From Octopus sinensis (Eukaryota), in NCBI RefSeq assembly GCF_006345805.1, contig NC_043000.1:7068001-7132000 (forward strand): DNA of 64,000 nucleotides, in the 5' to 3' direction. A model generated the notes under the pieces. It did no database searches. It worked only from the letters and a program-made list of their open reading frames with translations, and was not told where the DNA came from. Shown here in pieces: positions 36,401 to 50,546 of the stretch. Positions within the stretch are counted from its first letter, which is position 1. Each line of letters opens with the position of its first letter. The position numbers were made by a program, and so were the translations under genes.

Positions 36401-38384
36401 ACATTTTAACTGACAATCCAATGTCTTATACATTCTGCTAGCTTTTACATGCTACCCTTATTATGTATGAAAATAACCAGGATTAAAATCATGAATACAA
36501 GGGTATAAACCTGTACAAAATTATATCTTCCTGTCCTACAAAAATTCTGACCATTGAACCATTAAGCTGTGAGCAGGAATTTCATGTAAGTCACAGGCAT
36601 GACTCCATAGTTGGATAAGTAATTGAAAGTAAAGGTATTGAAGTATCCTGTGGTAATCTAAACTGTTATTCTATGTGAATCGGACTAACAGTCACAGAAA
36701 AGATTACTCATATCACTCAAATCTGTTGCATCAATGGTTTACAATAACTATGTAAACACTGCAATTTTTATTTTCAGTCAACTGTTACTAATGCTAACAG
36801 AAACAGCAGGAGCTCCTCTAAGTGCAGTGAAGTTCGGTTCTGAGAAAAATTGAAAACTTTATTGCCACACAACTACAATCTTTTTATTACAACCTAATTT
36901 TACTGATTTATTTTTATTTTATTTTATTTTGTACAAAATAAATTTCCAAAGAAAAATAACACCCACAGCAATATTAGAGACTTTCTCAAACAGGAAGTTA
37001 TGGGAGGTCAAAATGGTCTATTAGATAAGGTGTCAAATTCCAGAGCAATAAATAAATAAATAAACAAATAAATAAGAACAGGTTTATCTGCAGTTTGTAG
37101 TAGATGTATTCATTCATTCATTAACACATAATTACCGATCTGGTGCTCAACAGTTTGTCAATATTTCACCTCAGATATTTATGTTCATAACTTGCATTAT
37201 AAGCTGAATTTTATCACCAAGTCTGTAGAGCTTGCCAACTACAAAGGGGTTTAAATGCTATATTAATGTTGGAAAGAAGCTCTGGGGGAAAGCAAAAAAT
37301 ATAAACAAGTCTATAATCTAATTTTGGCTCAATGTGATAGCCTTTTTTACAACGTTTATGCTACTGATATCCTTGTGAATGTCATAGATGTAACAATTCC
37401 CATAGCTCTCTCTCATCTCAAGTTAATAATGCTGAATAGTGACTGAAAAACAGCTCTAATGAAGAGAAGTCAAACAATTGATACTACTTACTGCACTAGT
37501 ACATGGGATAAATATATACTTCTTCTTTATCCAGTATACATTTCCTTTTCTTGTGTATTCATTCATTAATATTCTTAGCATTCATTAAGAATTATGTGAA
37601 GGTATGTGACCTAGTAGTAAGAGTGTTGGGCTCACAATCAGAAGGTCAAAAGTTCAATTCTTGGACCGGGTGGTGCATTGAGTCCTTGAGCAAGGCACTT
37701 CATTTCATGTTACTCCAGTTACTAATTTGAAATGAGTACTACCCTGGGGCTGGTGCAACCCCCATTTAGTCACCAAGTCCTTGATGTTTCATAGGGCCAA
37801 GTGTTGGAGGACCAAGAAAGTATCTAAAAGTCTGCTCACTAGTGCATTGGCCCCTAAAACAATTAGAGACAGAATGGTACAGGCTGCTAGGCCATATTCA
37901 CTTAGGAGTGACGGCTATGGTTTCCATTAAGAATATGTATCTACAGCCAAGTGTAGGAATGGTTAAGCGGTTCCCAAACATGATTTCGGGTTATGTCCCT
38001 AGGGCAAGTATCTTCTTCTATAGCCCTGGGCCAACGAAACCATTGTCAGTGGATTTGATAGACATAATCTGAAAAAATCTTGTGTGTACACACACACACA
38101 CACACACACACATAGAACAAGCTTCTTTCAGTTTCAGTCTATCAAATCCATATCGTCATCATTATTTAACATCCACTTTCCATGCTGGTATGGGTTGATG
38201 GTTTAACTGAAACTGGTAAAGCAGTGAGCTACACTAGGTTCCAGTCTGATTTGGCAGGGTTTCTACAGATGGATGCCCTTTTAATGCCAACCACTCCAAG
38301 AGTGTAATGGGTGCTTTCTTACACCAGCAATGGTCATGACTATGACTTCACAGGTGCCATTATACATACATGCATACATATCAT

Positions 38385-38666
38385 CATCATCATCATCATC
38401 ATCATTTAGCGTCCGTTTTCCATGCTAGCATGGGTTGGACGGTTCTACTGGGGTCTGTGAAGCCAGAAGGCTTCATCAGGCCCAGTCAAATCTGGCAGTG
38501 TTTCTACGGCTGGATGCCCTTCCTAACGCCAACCACTCCGTGAGTGTAGTGGGTGCTTTTTACGTGCCACCCGCACTGGTGCCAGACAGAGCTGGCAAAC
38601 GGCCACGAACGGATGGTGCTTTTTATGTGCCACCGGCACGAGGGCCAGGCGAGGCTGGCAACGGAC
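38385..38666 (-). mobile_element. RTE LINE 3'UTR fragment (young subfamily)
   Basis: Appears identical by eye to the 3' end of the RTE at 30546-30820. Confidence 0.9.
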
Positions 38667-38846
38667 AATGTTAATAAGGTGGCTAGCAAGTTTACACTCT
38701 CACGGGTAAAATATAAACTAAATTCAAATTCAATAAGGTATTTAAATACCACTTGCTGTAAAAAGAGCCATCGCTCCAAAACCACATATTACTCACTATT
38801 AAAATACACATGGCCAGTGCAATAAGCATAACAGAAACTGGCTTAC

Positions 38847-38906
38847 CTTGCGTGGAATACAGAAAGTAAGGAATGTGTGTATTTCAGGATCAACTGATTT
38901 CACTTT
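38847..38906 (-). CDS. Putative internal exon, KVKSVDPEIHTFLTFCIPRK, product unknown
   Basis: Acceptor atttttcatacag| and strong donor AAG|gtaagc. 60 nt, open only in phase 0. Confidence 0.4.
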
Positions 38907-39622
38907 CTGTATGAAAAATCATACTTTAAGCTCATCAACTGAAAACAACACCTATTTCTGAAATATTTATCACATTACACCATGTGTGTCCTTTACTTTC
39001 GAATGTCCCCGTGAGCCAGTATAAATTTAAATTAAATAAGTATCATTACCGTTATTAATAATATTAAGAAGGATGAAATAAGGTAGTTAGCAAGTTTAAG
39101 ACTGAGAAATTGGTGGTTTTGGAGAGATGGCTCTAGTTATAGCAAGTGGTATTGAAATACCCGATTGAATTTGAATTTAGTATCTATATATATAATAAGA
39201 TACATTTAAACAGATGAGGAATGCACTCATGGGATTCAGCTGGATCCATCCAGCAGTTCTTGAGATATCTTGGCCATGGACAAACAAACAAACACAACTG
39301 AAAACAATACCTCTGCCTTTGCTAAAGACGGAGGTAACAATAATAATCCATGCATGGAATTTATAAATATTTTAATGCATCACCACACACGTTTCAACAA
39401 GTTATATGTTTTTTGTGACCATAGACCACATTCCTGGGATGCTTACAATACAATCTACAATATCCAGGATCTCAGGTGGGTCTTTGTTCATGCATATATC
39501 ATCATCATCATCGTTTAGCATCTGCTTTCCATGCTGGCATGGGTTGGACAGTGCAACTAGGTTCTGGGAGCCAGAAGGCTGCACCAGGCCCAGTCTGATC
39601 TGGCAATGTTTCTACGGCTGGA

Positions 39623-39675
<53 letters not shown>

Positions 39676-41697
39676 GTGCAGAGGTGGCTGTGGAGTAAGA
39701 AGCTTGCTTCCCAACCATGGTGCCATGCAGTGGGACTGCATGGTACCTTGGACGAGTGTCATCTACAATAGCCCCAGGCTAATGAGAGCCTGTGAGAGTG
39801 CTTGGTAGACAGACACTGAAAAAATCCCATCATGCACGAATGTTTGTATATATGGGTGTATGTGTGAGTGTATGTTTGTGTCTTGTTGACTTGCTTTTAC
39901 CTGATAGTTATAAATTAGTGTCAGCGTCACACAATCTCTGTCATTCATATCCAATATTCTGTGAAAAAATGTCTGGCCATGGAGGAGTATTACCTTGTTT
40001 GGATACAAGAGGGGGTTGGTGACAGGAAGGTTATCCAGCAATAGGAAATCAACTTCAAATAAATTCCATCTGTTCATGCAAGCATGGAAAATTGGATGGT
40101 AAATGATGATGATGATGATCATCATCATCATCGTCGTCGTCGTCGCCATCGCCGTCATCATCATGACAATGATGATGATGATATACATCACATCACATTC
40201 AATAGGGCATTGGGGTCTCAAGCAAGATTTTAGTTTAGTGATACTTGAAGGCATTCAGTTATTGACTGAAATTTTGTTTTGTCTACACATCTAAAGTAAC
40301 AATAATTCTGTAATGAATAAAACAGATTTTCCAAGAAGACACTAGAAGCCCATAAATCTTAATTTGGTGTCTGAAAGAATTTTAATTTTCTCCAATCACT
40401 TTAAAATCGATAAATGATTTCTTTGAGCTAAGCACTTCACTAAATCTGTCAGGGAAAAAGTTAATTAATTGTTTCTCACTGAAGCACAAAGCCACAACCC
40501 CATTACTAGGCTGGTACTTTATTTTACCAACCCCAAAAAGGATGCAAAGCAAAGTTGACCTCAGAGGAACTTGAACTCAGATTGTTAAGTTTTTCCAATG
40601 CTCTAATTATTCTGCCAATCCACCATCCTAAGAAGAGGTTAATTAACTAAAGTGACCCCAGTAATTAATACATGTGCATTGTTGAAATTATACCGATGTG
40701 AAAGAACACAGCAAGGATTCCTTTCAAATGTGATGTGTTTTGAGTATGTGTATGAAGAGAATAGTACTTGCTTGTTATATTCTTTAAATGAATCAAGCAA
40801 AAATTACTCTATAACCTTCAAACAGAATATCAGCAGAAACTGGGTTAATTACCACTGACATTCCTATACATTTGATTATTTACAAACTATATCAATGGAA
40901 TTAATTAACCCTTAGAGAAAGGATAGGCAGAGCGGCTGAGCCATGAGAAACAGCAAATCCATATTTTGACTCTAATAACAAAAACATGTTGTTTTGTTGG
41001 GGTTTCTCTTCCGTTGTTATAAAAAAAAATTAAAAACAACCCAGATTGGAAAAGAAAAGAGTAAATGAGCATTAAAAGACATCAGTGAATATTCTAGTAG
41101 AGCAGCTTTGATGGTACAGACATAGAATACAAATGAAATAATATAACTACTGTATGGAGAAATGTTGCATGCTAGCAGTGAAAAATACTCAGTTGTAAAG
41201 GAAGAACAAGTGGGAGATATAAGAAAAAGAAGTGGTGAGGTTCAAATCTCAGGATGTCAGACGCAAGGGACAAGATTAGCAGTTCCTGCTAGTTTTTGCA
41301 CCACAGACTGGTTTCATGCAACACAATTTTTCTACAGACCATGGGATCGTGCACATAACAAAACACAATAAAGTGCCTAATATATAATTTAATTATTACA
41401 TGATGATAAGACATATACAGAGTGCATTCCAGAAGTTTTCACTTTTTAGCAGAGGCAGTTATAATTGTCCCAGATTATTCTTCTATTTGTATCAGTCATT
41501 TGACTGCAGCCATGCTGGAGCACTGCCTTGAAGTGGTTTTTGTCGAACAATTCAACCTCAGGATTTATTTTTAGGCTTATTCTTTGCCAAACTGTTAAGC
41601 TATGGGGACATAAACACACCAACGCCAGTTATCAAGTGATGGAAAGTTAGAGTATGATAGAGGGAACAGAAACAGGTGTCTTGCTATAGAGGAGATA

Positions 41698-41836
41698 TAT
41701 GAGGGGTGTATGAAAAGTCTTGAGCCTCAAAAGAAAAAAACATGGTACAAGACTTCTGATGAAGGTACAAGACTTTTGATGAAGGTACAAGGTTCAAAGG
41801 CCTTGAAGGCTCAAAACTTTTCATACACACCTTGTA
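41698..41836. mobile_element. Tc1/mariner-type MITE
   Basis: 30-bp TIRs TATGAGGGGTGTATGAAAAGTCTTGAGCCT / AGGCTCAAAACTTTTCATACACACCTTGTA with TA ends. Confidence 0.75.
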
Positions 41837-44800
41837 TGACTAACCCAGTTGGAAAAAGAGAGAGGAGAGACAGAGAGAGAGAGGATGGTGAAGAAGGTGT
41901 ATTGGGGCATAGCCTCTAGTTACAGGGTGATCATCATCATCATTTAGCATCTGCTTTCCATGCTGGCATGGGTTAGACTGTTTGGCTGAAACTGGTAAGC
42001 CGGAGGGCTACACCAGGTTCCAGCTTGATTTGGCATAGTTTTTACAGGTGGACGCTCTTCCTAATGCCAACCACTCTAAGAGTGTAATTGGTGCTTTTTA
42101 CATGTCACAGGCATGGGTGCCAGTTATGTGACACCGGCATCAGCCACAATTACGATTTCACTAGGCTTGATGGGTTTTCTCAAGCATGGGATATCGCCAA
42201 AGGTCTCGGTCACTTATCACTGCCTCAAGTGAAGTGGTGCAGAGGATTAACTCACAATATCCTAAGAAGAAAAAAAGATTTCAACAATGCCTTCAGTTTA
42301 TGTTAAAGTTACATGTATGTTTATATTGCCAACAAGCTCCATACTATACATCACTAATTATTATGGTTAATCTATTAAGATCTTAATCAGTTGTTTACAT
42401 TCAGAAATTATATTTTAGGTTTCCTGACTATTTTAGTATTTTACTTGTTTCAGTTGCAGGACTGCAGCCATGCTGGAAAACCATGTATGAAGTTACTTGA
42501 ACCCCAGAACTTATTTTAAGTCTAGTACTTATTCTATCTATTTTCTCTTTCTTCTTTTTTCTTTTTTGTGACCTGCTAAGTTATAGGAATGTAAACAAAC
42601 CAATACTGGCTGTCAGGTGGTGGTATGTATTCATGTATATATGCATACTTACAAATGCATGCATGCATACACACACACACACACACACACACATACATAC
42701 ATACACACACATACATACATACATGTATATTCAATGGGCTTCAACATAGTTTCTGTCAACCATATTTACTCACAAAGCACCAGTTGGCCTGGAGCTATGT
42801 TAGAAGACACTTGCCCAAAGTGCCAGGAATTGGGACGGAACCTGAAACCAAGGGTTGAGAAGCAAACTTTTTAACCGTACAGTCATGCCAGCACCAAAAC
42901 AGAATTTTAAAATGATCAAAAAAATCAAACAAATTGAAGATTAAGCCTTTATCTTCATACTTTGCATGTCACGAACAAATAAATAATCAGGAAGCTAATG
43001 AGACCAAAAGTAAATCAGTCTCATGACCACTGAGGTGAATCCAAGGTATAGTTATCTAAGGCACACTGCACCTACTCAGGTAAATTGAAATTTATCCGAG
43101 TAGGTGCAGTAGGGTCGGGTGCTTAAGAAGGTCACCTTGTAACTGCAAAGATCTGACACTTAAGAAAATTACATTTCACTGAGATGTCATTGCATGGCCA
43201 TTTTGGGCAAATGTCATTTTCTGTAGCTTCAGGTCAAGCTATTCCTTGTGAGTAAAATTGGGTAGATGGAAATTGTACAGAAGCCTGACAAGATAGACTG
43301 GATTGTACCTGTAATTGAAAAGGTGCAGCCCTGTCACAAACAGCATCAAGCTGATTCGTCATCATCATCATCATTGCCTACTTTTCCATGCTTGCATGGA
43401 CCAAGTGGAGTTTTGTTGGGGTAGATTTTTTCCAACGGTCAGATACCCCTCTCCTTGTTGCAAACTCTCACCTGTGTCTAAGCAAGGTTAATATTTCCTC
43501 ATGACCAGACACGTTTTCAGCAAAGATGAATGAAGGACACCACCTACACAATGGTAACAATCATTTACAGCTATGAAGCAATGTCCAGGCAGGGAGACAA
43601 TAAAACACACACACACACACCACAAAGTAAAAGGAAAACAATTTCTTCCAAACCCTTTCAGACCGTTTTAATTTCCAATTTTTTCCTGATTTCCTAAACC
43701 TTGGCTTGGAATTTTTAACATTGGATAAAATGACCATACACATTGAAACCTAGATGTTAAGAGAAAATATCAAACATGCTCTTAACTAAGCACAGACCCC
43801 CAAAGGACCAAGGGTGGTGTTAATACAAGAGACAGAGTAAATCTAAAACTTAAGAATACAGAATGCACAGAGTTGGAACAAATACTCCATCACATTTCAT
43901 CTGACAATTCCAACATTCCATCACTTTATTCTATTGACGTCAAAAAGATGAAGGGTAAAACTGACTTTTGGTGGAATTTGAACTCAGTGTGTAGAGAACT
44001 AGAACAAATACTGCAGACAACTCATCCAACACTAAAATTTCTATCATCTTATTACCTGAGTTTTGGTGGAATTTGAACTTAATGTGTAGAGAACTTGAAG
44101 AAATACTGTAGGCATTTTGTCCAACTTTTTAACAATTATGGTAGTTCACCACCTATAAAACTGACACAACAGATTTGTCCTGAAGGGGAAAATGTAATAG
44201 AATTGGGTCTCTGTAATATTCATTCATTTATTTTATTTTTATATGTCTGTATGTCTATTTTTTCATGCTAGCATGGGTTAGAGGATATATACTTATTGAG
44301 ACATTGTTTTGCAGTTGGATGACCTTTCTAACATTAACTCTTATCCACTTTTCAAGTTAGGTATCTTTTCGCCATGAGGTTTCAAAAGTCTGAAGAAAAG
44401 AGATGATTTGCTCACAGAACTGACAACGACAACACCACCTCCATTGTGTTGCAAATTTCCAAGAAGTGAGTGAAATGCAAACAAACAAATAGACACACAT
44501 GCATGCATGCGTGCACACCACACACACATGCACACACACACACCCAAACATACACTTGAAGAATTACCATTTTGAATGAAATAGTATTACACTCATAAAT
44601 ATTGTGTAATTTATGACACTATAATAAAAATATACACAAACTGCCTTGTTTTATTCTCTTCTTGGACATTTATATAGGATGGTCCACTTTCAGTTTCTTA
44701 TTTCTTTACTGCCCACAAGGGTCTAAACGTAGAGGGGACAAGCAAGGACAGACAAAGGGATTAAGTCGATTACACCGACCCCAGTGCATAACTGGTATTT

Positions 44801-45455
44801 AATTTATCGACCCTGAAAGGATGAAAGGCAAAGTCGACCTCGGTGGGATTTGAACTCAGAACGTAAAGACAGTATTTTGCCCAGCATGCTAACGTTTCTG
44901 CCAGTTCGCCGCCTTCAGTTTCTGTAAGACAAATCCACTCACAAGTCTTTGGTCAACCTGGAACTGTAGAAGAAAACACTTGCCTAAGGTGCCATGCAAT
45001 GGTATGTAAACCACACGGAAGGGAAGCAAACGATTCTTTGACCATACAGCCATGCCTGTGCCTTGTGTTTATTTTATTGACCCAAGAGAAATCTGAAAAG
45101 AAAGTAAACCTGAGCAAGATTTTCACTCATAATGTTAAAGGACTGAAATAAATATTGCTTTCAAATTTTTGCACAAGGCCAGCAATTTCGGGGGAGGGGT
45201 ATAAGTTGATTACAATGGCCCCAGTGTTCAACTGGTACTTATTTTATTGAACCTGAAAGAATGAAAGGTGAAGTTAACTGCAGCAGAATTTGAACTCAGA
45301 ACATAAGGACAAACAAAATGCCACTAAGCATTTTGCCCAGTATGCTAACAATTCTGCCATCTCACTTGCCTTCTGGACAGAAATAGATATTGAGAGATAT
45401 TTAATCTAGCAGACTGCTATTTTTGTCACACAACTACTTTATCCACCCCACCCAC

Positions 45456-45571
45456 CTTATATATTAAATACTCATTCCGCAGTGATGAAATGGTAAAAGT
45501 TTCCAGTGAATCAGCATTTTCAATGGAGAACCAAATTCTGAATGAAATCCAAATTGCTTCACCAAACTTGC
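45456..45571 (-). CDS. Putative internal exon, (G)KFGEAIWISFRIWFSIENADSLETFTISSLRNEYLIYK, product unknown
   Basis: Acceptor gtgtttcag| and donor AAG|gtgggt. 116 nt open, phase 1 in and phase 0 out. Sequence is not recognisably repetitive; no homology recognised. Confidence 0.3.
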
Positions 45572-46779
45572 CTGAAACACAGTCTTCATGGATAAATTCT
45601 CCCCAGAAGTTCCAATTCTCAAGTCAATTCTAGTTGAAGTCATTCTATTACTTTGACTCATATTACAACATTAATCCTTTTGATACCAACCCACCTGAGA
45701 CCACCACCCCCTCATTCCATAATAGAAACTTCCTGTTTTAAAGTGTTCTAAATTAAGACCATCCGTCCAAATTTCTTGTTAATATGTTTCAAACACCAAC
45801 TTTATAATGGCAGTTATTTTACTAAATACTTCATTACTTTTAGAATTAACTGAAACAGTTTTGCAACCATATTTCAACAGTAATATGGTAAGTAGCTTGC
45901 TTACAAACCACATGGTTTTGGGTTCAGTCCCACTGTGTGGCACCTTGGGCAAGTGTCTTCTACTATAGCCTCAGGCCAACCAAAGCCTTGAGAGTGGATT
46001 TGGTAGATGGAAACTGAAAGAAGCCCATCGTATATATGTATATATATGTATATATGTATGTGTGTTTGTGTTTGTCCCTCCAACATCGCTTGACAACCGA
46101 TGCTGGTGTGTTTACGTCCCTGTAACTTAGCGGTTTGGCAAAAGAGACCAATAGAATAAGTATTAGGCTTACAAAGAATAAGTCCTGGGGTCGATTTGCT
46201 CGACTAAAGGCGGTGCTCCAGCATGGCCTCAGTCAAATGACCGGAATAAGTAAAAGAGAAAGAGTGAGTAACAAAAAGGTTAAATTAGTAAAAATTGCAG
46301 CAGCCAACCTAAAACATACAGCTAAGTAATTAACATAGTTAATTTGTAGTTTTTGTGATTTCTATATAATTTATTATAAACATTGTTGGAAAATGTTTTA
46401 ACAATAGAGAATTTTTAGTAAATTTTAATACATAATAATCTTTATTATAGGCACAAGGTCCGAAATTTTGGAGATGAGGGTAAGTCAATTACATCAACCC
46501 CACCCACAAAAAAGGATGAGAGGCAAAGTTGAATTTGGCAGAATTTAAACTCAGAACTTTAATACATAATGGTTTCAGTTTTTGGCACAAGGCCAGCAAG
46601 TTTGAGGAATAGGTAAGCCAATTATATTGACCCCAGTGCTTAACTGGTATTTATTTTGTTGACTCCCAAAGGGATGAAAGGCAAAGTTAACTCCAGCAGC
46701 ATTTGAATTCAGTATGTAAAGACAGACAAAATGCTGTCAAGCATTTTACCTGGTATGCTAACAATTTTGCCAGATCTAG

Positions 46780-47025
46780 GCAAGGTTGTTTATGGAAGAC
46801 CAGTAGTCACCCATGCATGCCAGTCTCCCCTCTCCATGCCAAAGGGGCCAATACAGCTTGGCACCAATGACGTCATAACTCATTTCTACAGCTGAGTGAA
46901 CTTGAGCAATGTGAGATAGAGTGTCTTGCTCAAGAACACAGCACATAGCCCGGTCCAGGAATCAAACTCACAACCTCGTGAATTGTGAACCTGATGCTCT
47001 AAACACTGAGCCACGCACCTTCACC
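46780..47025 (-). mobile_element. tRNA-derived SINE family C
   Basis: Head tgaaggtgcgtggctcagtgtttagagcatcagg...gagtttgattcc on the minus strand. Related copies at about 22150-22400(-), 28670-28915(-), 37605-37770(+), 49700-49805(-) and 52070-52305(-). Confidence 0.75.
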
Positions 47026-47434
47026 TGGCTGGAAGAGAGGCAATTAAATGAGGAAAAGTGAAAACTCTATCAAGGCTACCGAACAGCGAATAACTAGAAC
47101 CAACACAGTCAAAGCAAAAACTAAGAATATAATATCTGTCAAAATATATGGCAACATAAAAATGAGAGAATAAAAAAAGCTATGTTAAAGCAGTAATAGA
47201 GATAGTGTGGAATGCTAGTAGGAAATATAGGATTAAGTTAGATGAAAAGTGTTAATAACACAAGCTGTAATCTGTAGTGTCAAAATTATGCAAGATCTCC
47301 AAGGATACATAGGTGTACTTAAAGATAGTGAAATTTATATACTTTACTAGTTTAGCCACTCAGTTGTAGCCATGTTGGTTTCCCGCCCCCATATACATTG
47401 CTAATTCGTTTGTTTTATATCTGTTTTACCCTGC

Positions 47435-47473
<39 letters not shown>

Positions 47474-47849
47474 GATGTTTGTTTTTATGTCAAGTTACAC
47501 CTGAAACCTATTTAAGATTAAACTAAAGGATTAACCAATACTTTTTAATAGAAGTGTATGTTTATTAAACTTTAACAAGGAAAAAGTTAACAGTGACTCA
47601 GGAATGTGTGTACTGACAATAGCTGGATGGATGAATGGAAAGATAGATATATACATAGCATTAGATTTTTTAGGTCATTCAATTTCTCTCACCTGAACAA
47701 TAGACTGATTGAGTAAACCTATCAGTAACATACCTGTAATTACTGGAAACAGCTGTAAGTCAAATTTATTTTAATAAAGGAAAAATATGTAATGACCATT
47801 ATTTATAACTTGTCCTACATATGTGTGTGTCTGTGTGTGTGTGTATATA

Positions 47850-47943
<94 letters not shown>

Positions 47944-47944
<1 letters not shown>

Positions 47945-48255
47945 GGAGGCACAATGGCCCAGTGGTTAGGGCAGCGGACTTGCGGTCGTAGGATCGCGGT
48001 TTCGATTCCCAGACCAGGCGTTGTGTGTGTTTATTGAGCGAAAAACACCAAAAGCTCCATGAGTCTCTGGCAGGGGGTGGTGGCGATCCCTGCTGTACTC
48101 TTTCGCCACAACTTTCTCTCACTCTTTCTTCTGTTGGCCTACTCGCTTAGCCAGCGGGGTGGCATCATTTGAAGGCTAAAACAATGTGAAGTGCATTGTG
48201 ACCAGCGATATGCAGCAACATCTGATAGCCTGGTCGGTCACGGTGATCACAGTGA
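47944..48255 (+). mobile_element. tRNA-derived SINE family D
   Basis: Well-preserved A box tggcccagtgg and B box ggtttcgattcc, followed by a non-tRNA body. Reverse copy at about 16480-16735. Confidence 0.8.
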
Positions 48256-48284
48256 TATATATATATATATATATATATATGCAT

Positions 48285-49140
48285 ACTCGATAGAGTGTAA
48301 GTGCCTTGAGAGAAAAGTTGGACTTGAGAAGCATCAGATGTGGTGTGCAAGAGAGACGACTGTGCTGGTATGGTGATGTGGTGAGAATGGATGAGGATAG
48401 TTGTGTGAAAAAGTGTCACCTCCCTAGTGGTTGAGGGAACTTGTGGAAGAGGTTGATCCAGAAAGACCCGGGATGAGGTGGTGAAGCACGACCTTCAAAC
48501 ATTAGGCCTCACCGAGGCAATGACTGGTGACCAAGACCTTTGGAAATATGCTGTGCTTGAGAAGACCTGGCAAGCCAAGTGAGACCATAACCCGTGGCCT
48601 ATGACAGTGGTGTAACCAGCCCACTTATGTGTACCTTTCCTTCATTGGACACTAAACTCTGCTTGCGAAGACCTGTTGGTAAAATCGAAATCAAATTTGC
48701 TGATGTGGCTGATAACAGCACCTCATGACTGGCATCCGTGCTAGTGTTATGTTAAGAGTGCCATCTGAGTGTGATCATTGAAGGGCCGCTGACTGGCTCC
48801 CTTGCCAGTGGCATGTAAAAAGCACCATTCAAGTGTGAAGAACAACATTCGAGCGAATTCATTGCCAGTGCCACTGGACTGACTCCTGTGCAGGTGGCAC
48901 GTAAAAAACACCATTTGAGCGTGGCCGTTGCCAGTATCACATGACTGGCCCTCATGCTGGTGACATGCAAAAGCACCCACTACACTCTCAGAGTGGTTGG
49001 CATTAGGAAGGGCATCCAGCTGTAGAAACTCTGCCAGATCAGATTGGAGGCTGGTGCAGCCATCTGGGTCCCCAGTCCTCAGTCAAACTATCCAACCCAT
49101 GCCAGCATGGAAAGCAGACGTTAAATAATGATGATGATGA
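48285..49140 (+). mobile_element. RTE LINE 3' fragment (RT C-terminus remnant + 3'UTR + (GAT)n)
   Basis: Decayed SALREKLDLRSIRCGVQERRLCWYG and WDEVVKHDLQTLGL segments, followed by the common RTE 3' end. Confidence 0.85.
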
Positions 49141-50546
49141 CTATACACATACAGACACACACACACACATATATATGGTTGAAGCAGCCACTGAAATGAA
49201 ACTGTTATTCTAAAGTCATTCACTACAGTTATTTTCATGATCTCAGAAAAAAAAAAAAATTATTGGTTTTTTTTTAATGTAGGAAAATTATATCTGACGT
49301 AAGAACCCTCTCTTCAGACAAAGTTATTGAAATATTGATATTTCGATAAGTGCACATGCAGAGAAGCTTTTATGAAAAAAGATCCAATTTTTTTAATATT
49401 AAAAAAATTTAAATTTTCTTAATGAGCTGATTGAAACAATCCTAATGTGCAATTAGAAGTATCCTTAATTAGTTTTCTGTGATTACTTAAACGTTTTCTG
49501 AGGCTCTTTTCCATTGTTATAGCCTGAATCCAGTTAAGCGTTACTTACATGCAGTTAAGTGTGCGATACAGGAATTTTTGTGAAATTAATAACATTTGAA
49601 TATTGTATCCCAGCCCATATGGTAATGTGCCATGCACATCATAAAGTATGTGTAGTGCAAATCTCTCTAGCTATATTTATATATATATATCATCATCATC
49701 ATCATGAAGTGTTTTGCTCAAGAACACAATGCATCACTCAGTCTAGGGATTGAAACCATGATCTCATGATCGTGAGTGCAACCACTCTAACCACCAGGCC
49801 ATGCATCCAGAATATAATAATAATAATAATAATAATAGTAGTAGTAACAATAATAATAATAATCCTTTCTACTATAGGTGCAAAGGCTGAAATTTGTGGG
49901 AAGTGGGTAAGTCGATTATTTAACCCTGAAAGTATGAAAGGTAAAGTCGACCTTTGCAGAATTTGAACTCAGAACGTAGCAACAGACAAAATATCACTAA
50001 AGTGTTTTGTCCAGCATGCTAACGATTCTGCCAGTTCACTGCCTTGTTGTTGTCGGCGGCGGCGGTGGTGGTAGTGGTAGTAGTAGTAGTAATAACCGAA
50101 AAGATGTGGCATCTCAAGACACATTACCATTGGTTGTAGGAGCACTTGGAATGATCAAAAAAGGAACTAAAAATTATTTAAGAATGATCCCTGGCTTACC
50201 ATCCATGCAGGAAGTGCAAAAGATTGTTTTAATTGGAATGTCGCACGTACTGAGAAGAGCTTTGTCACAGTGAATTTTCTCTCCTTTTTTTCCCCTTTTA
50301 AAATTTTTCTATTTTTATTTTTCCTTTTTCTCTTTGTTTTTCTTCCCCATTTTCTTTATCATGACATTGTAAATGAACAATCTGATGTTTTTATTTTAAT
50401 GGCCTACCAATATATATATATAGTGCATTTCTCTGCCCTAGGTGTCAGGAAGACACTTGGCAAGAAATAGAAACAGAATTGAAAGATGATAATGAAAATA
50501 ATATTAATAATATTAATAATAATAATAATAATAATTAGAAAATTAC

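Noticed and set aside
22900-36800. Plus-strand acceptor-like sites at about 22918, 28987 and 36777 suggesting an antisense gene
   Set aside because: No consistent open frames or donors; cannot be supported without expression data.
35972-36839. Alternative minus-strand terminal-exon candidates (36778-36839 EPNFTALRGAPAVSVSISNS*; 35972-36013 SSYGKLAAPVDAK*) and a 52-nt candidate at about 35900-35951
   Set aside because: Short, with no homology; such acceptor-plus-short-ORF patterns arise by chance in AT-rich DNA.
41745-41800. CTGATGA inside the mariner MITE (also at 9836, 17314 and 50734)
   Set aside because: No downstream stem II/GAAA/stem III/NUH geometry, so not hammerheads.
47944-48020. 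tRNA-like sequence with A and B boxes
   Set aside because: No proper acceptor-stem closure; it continues into a SINE body with a second copy at 16.5-16.7 kb, so it is a SINE head.
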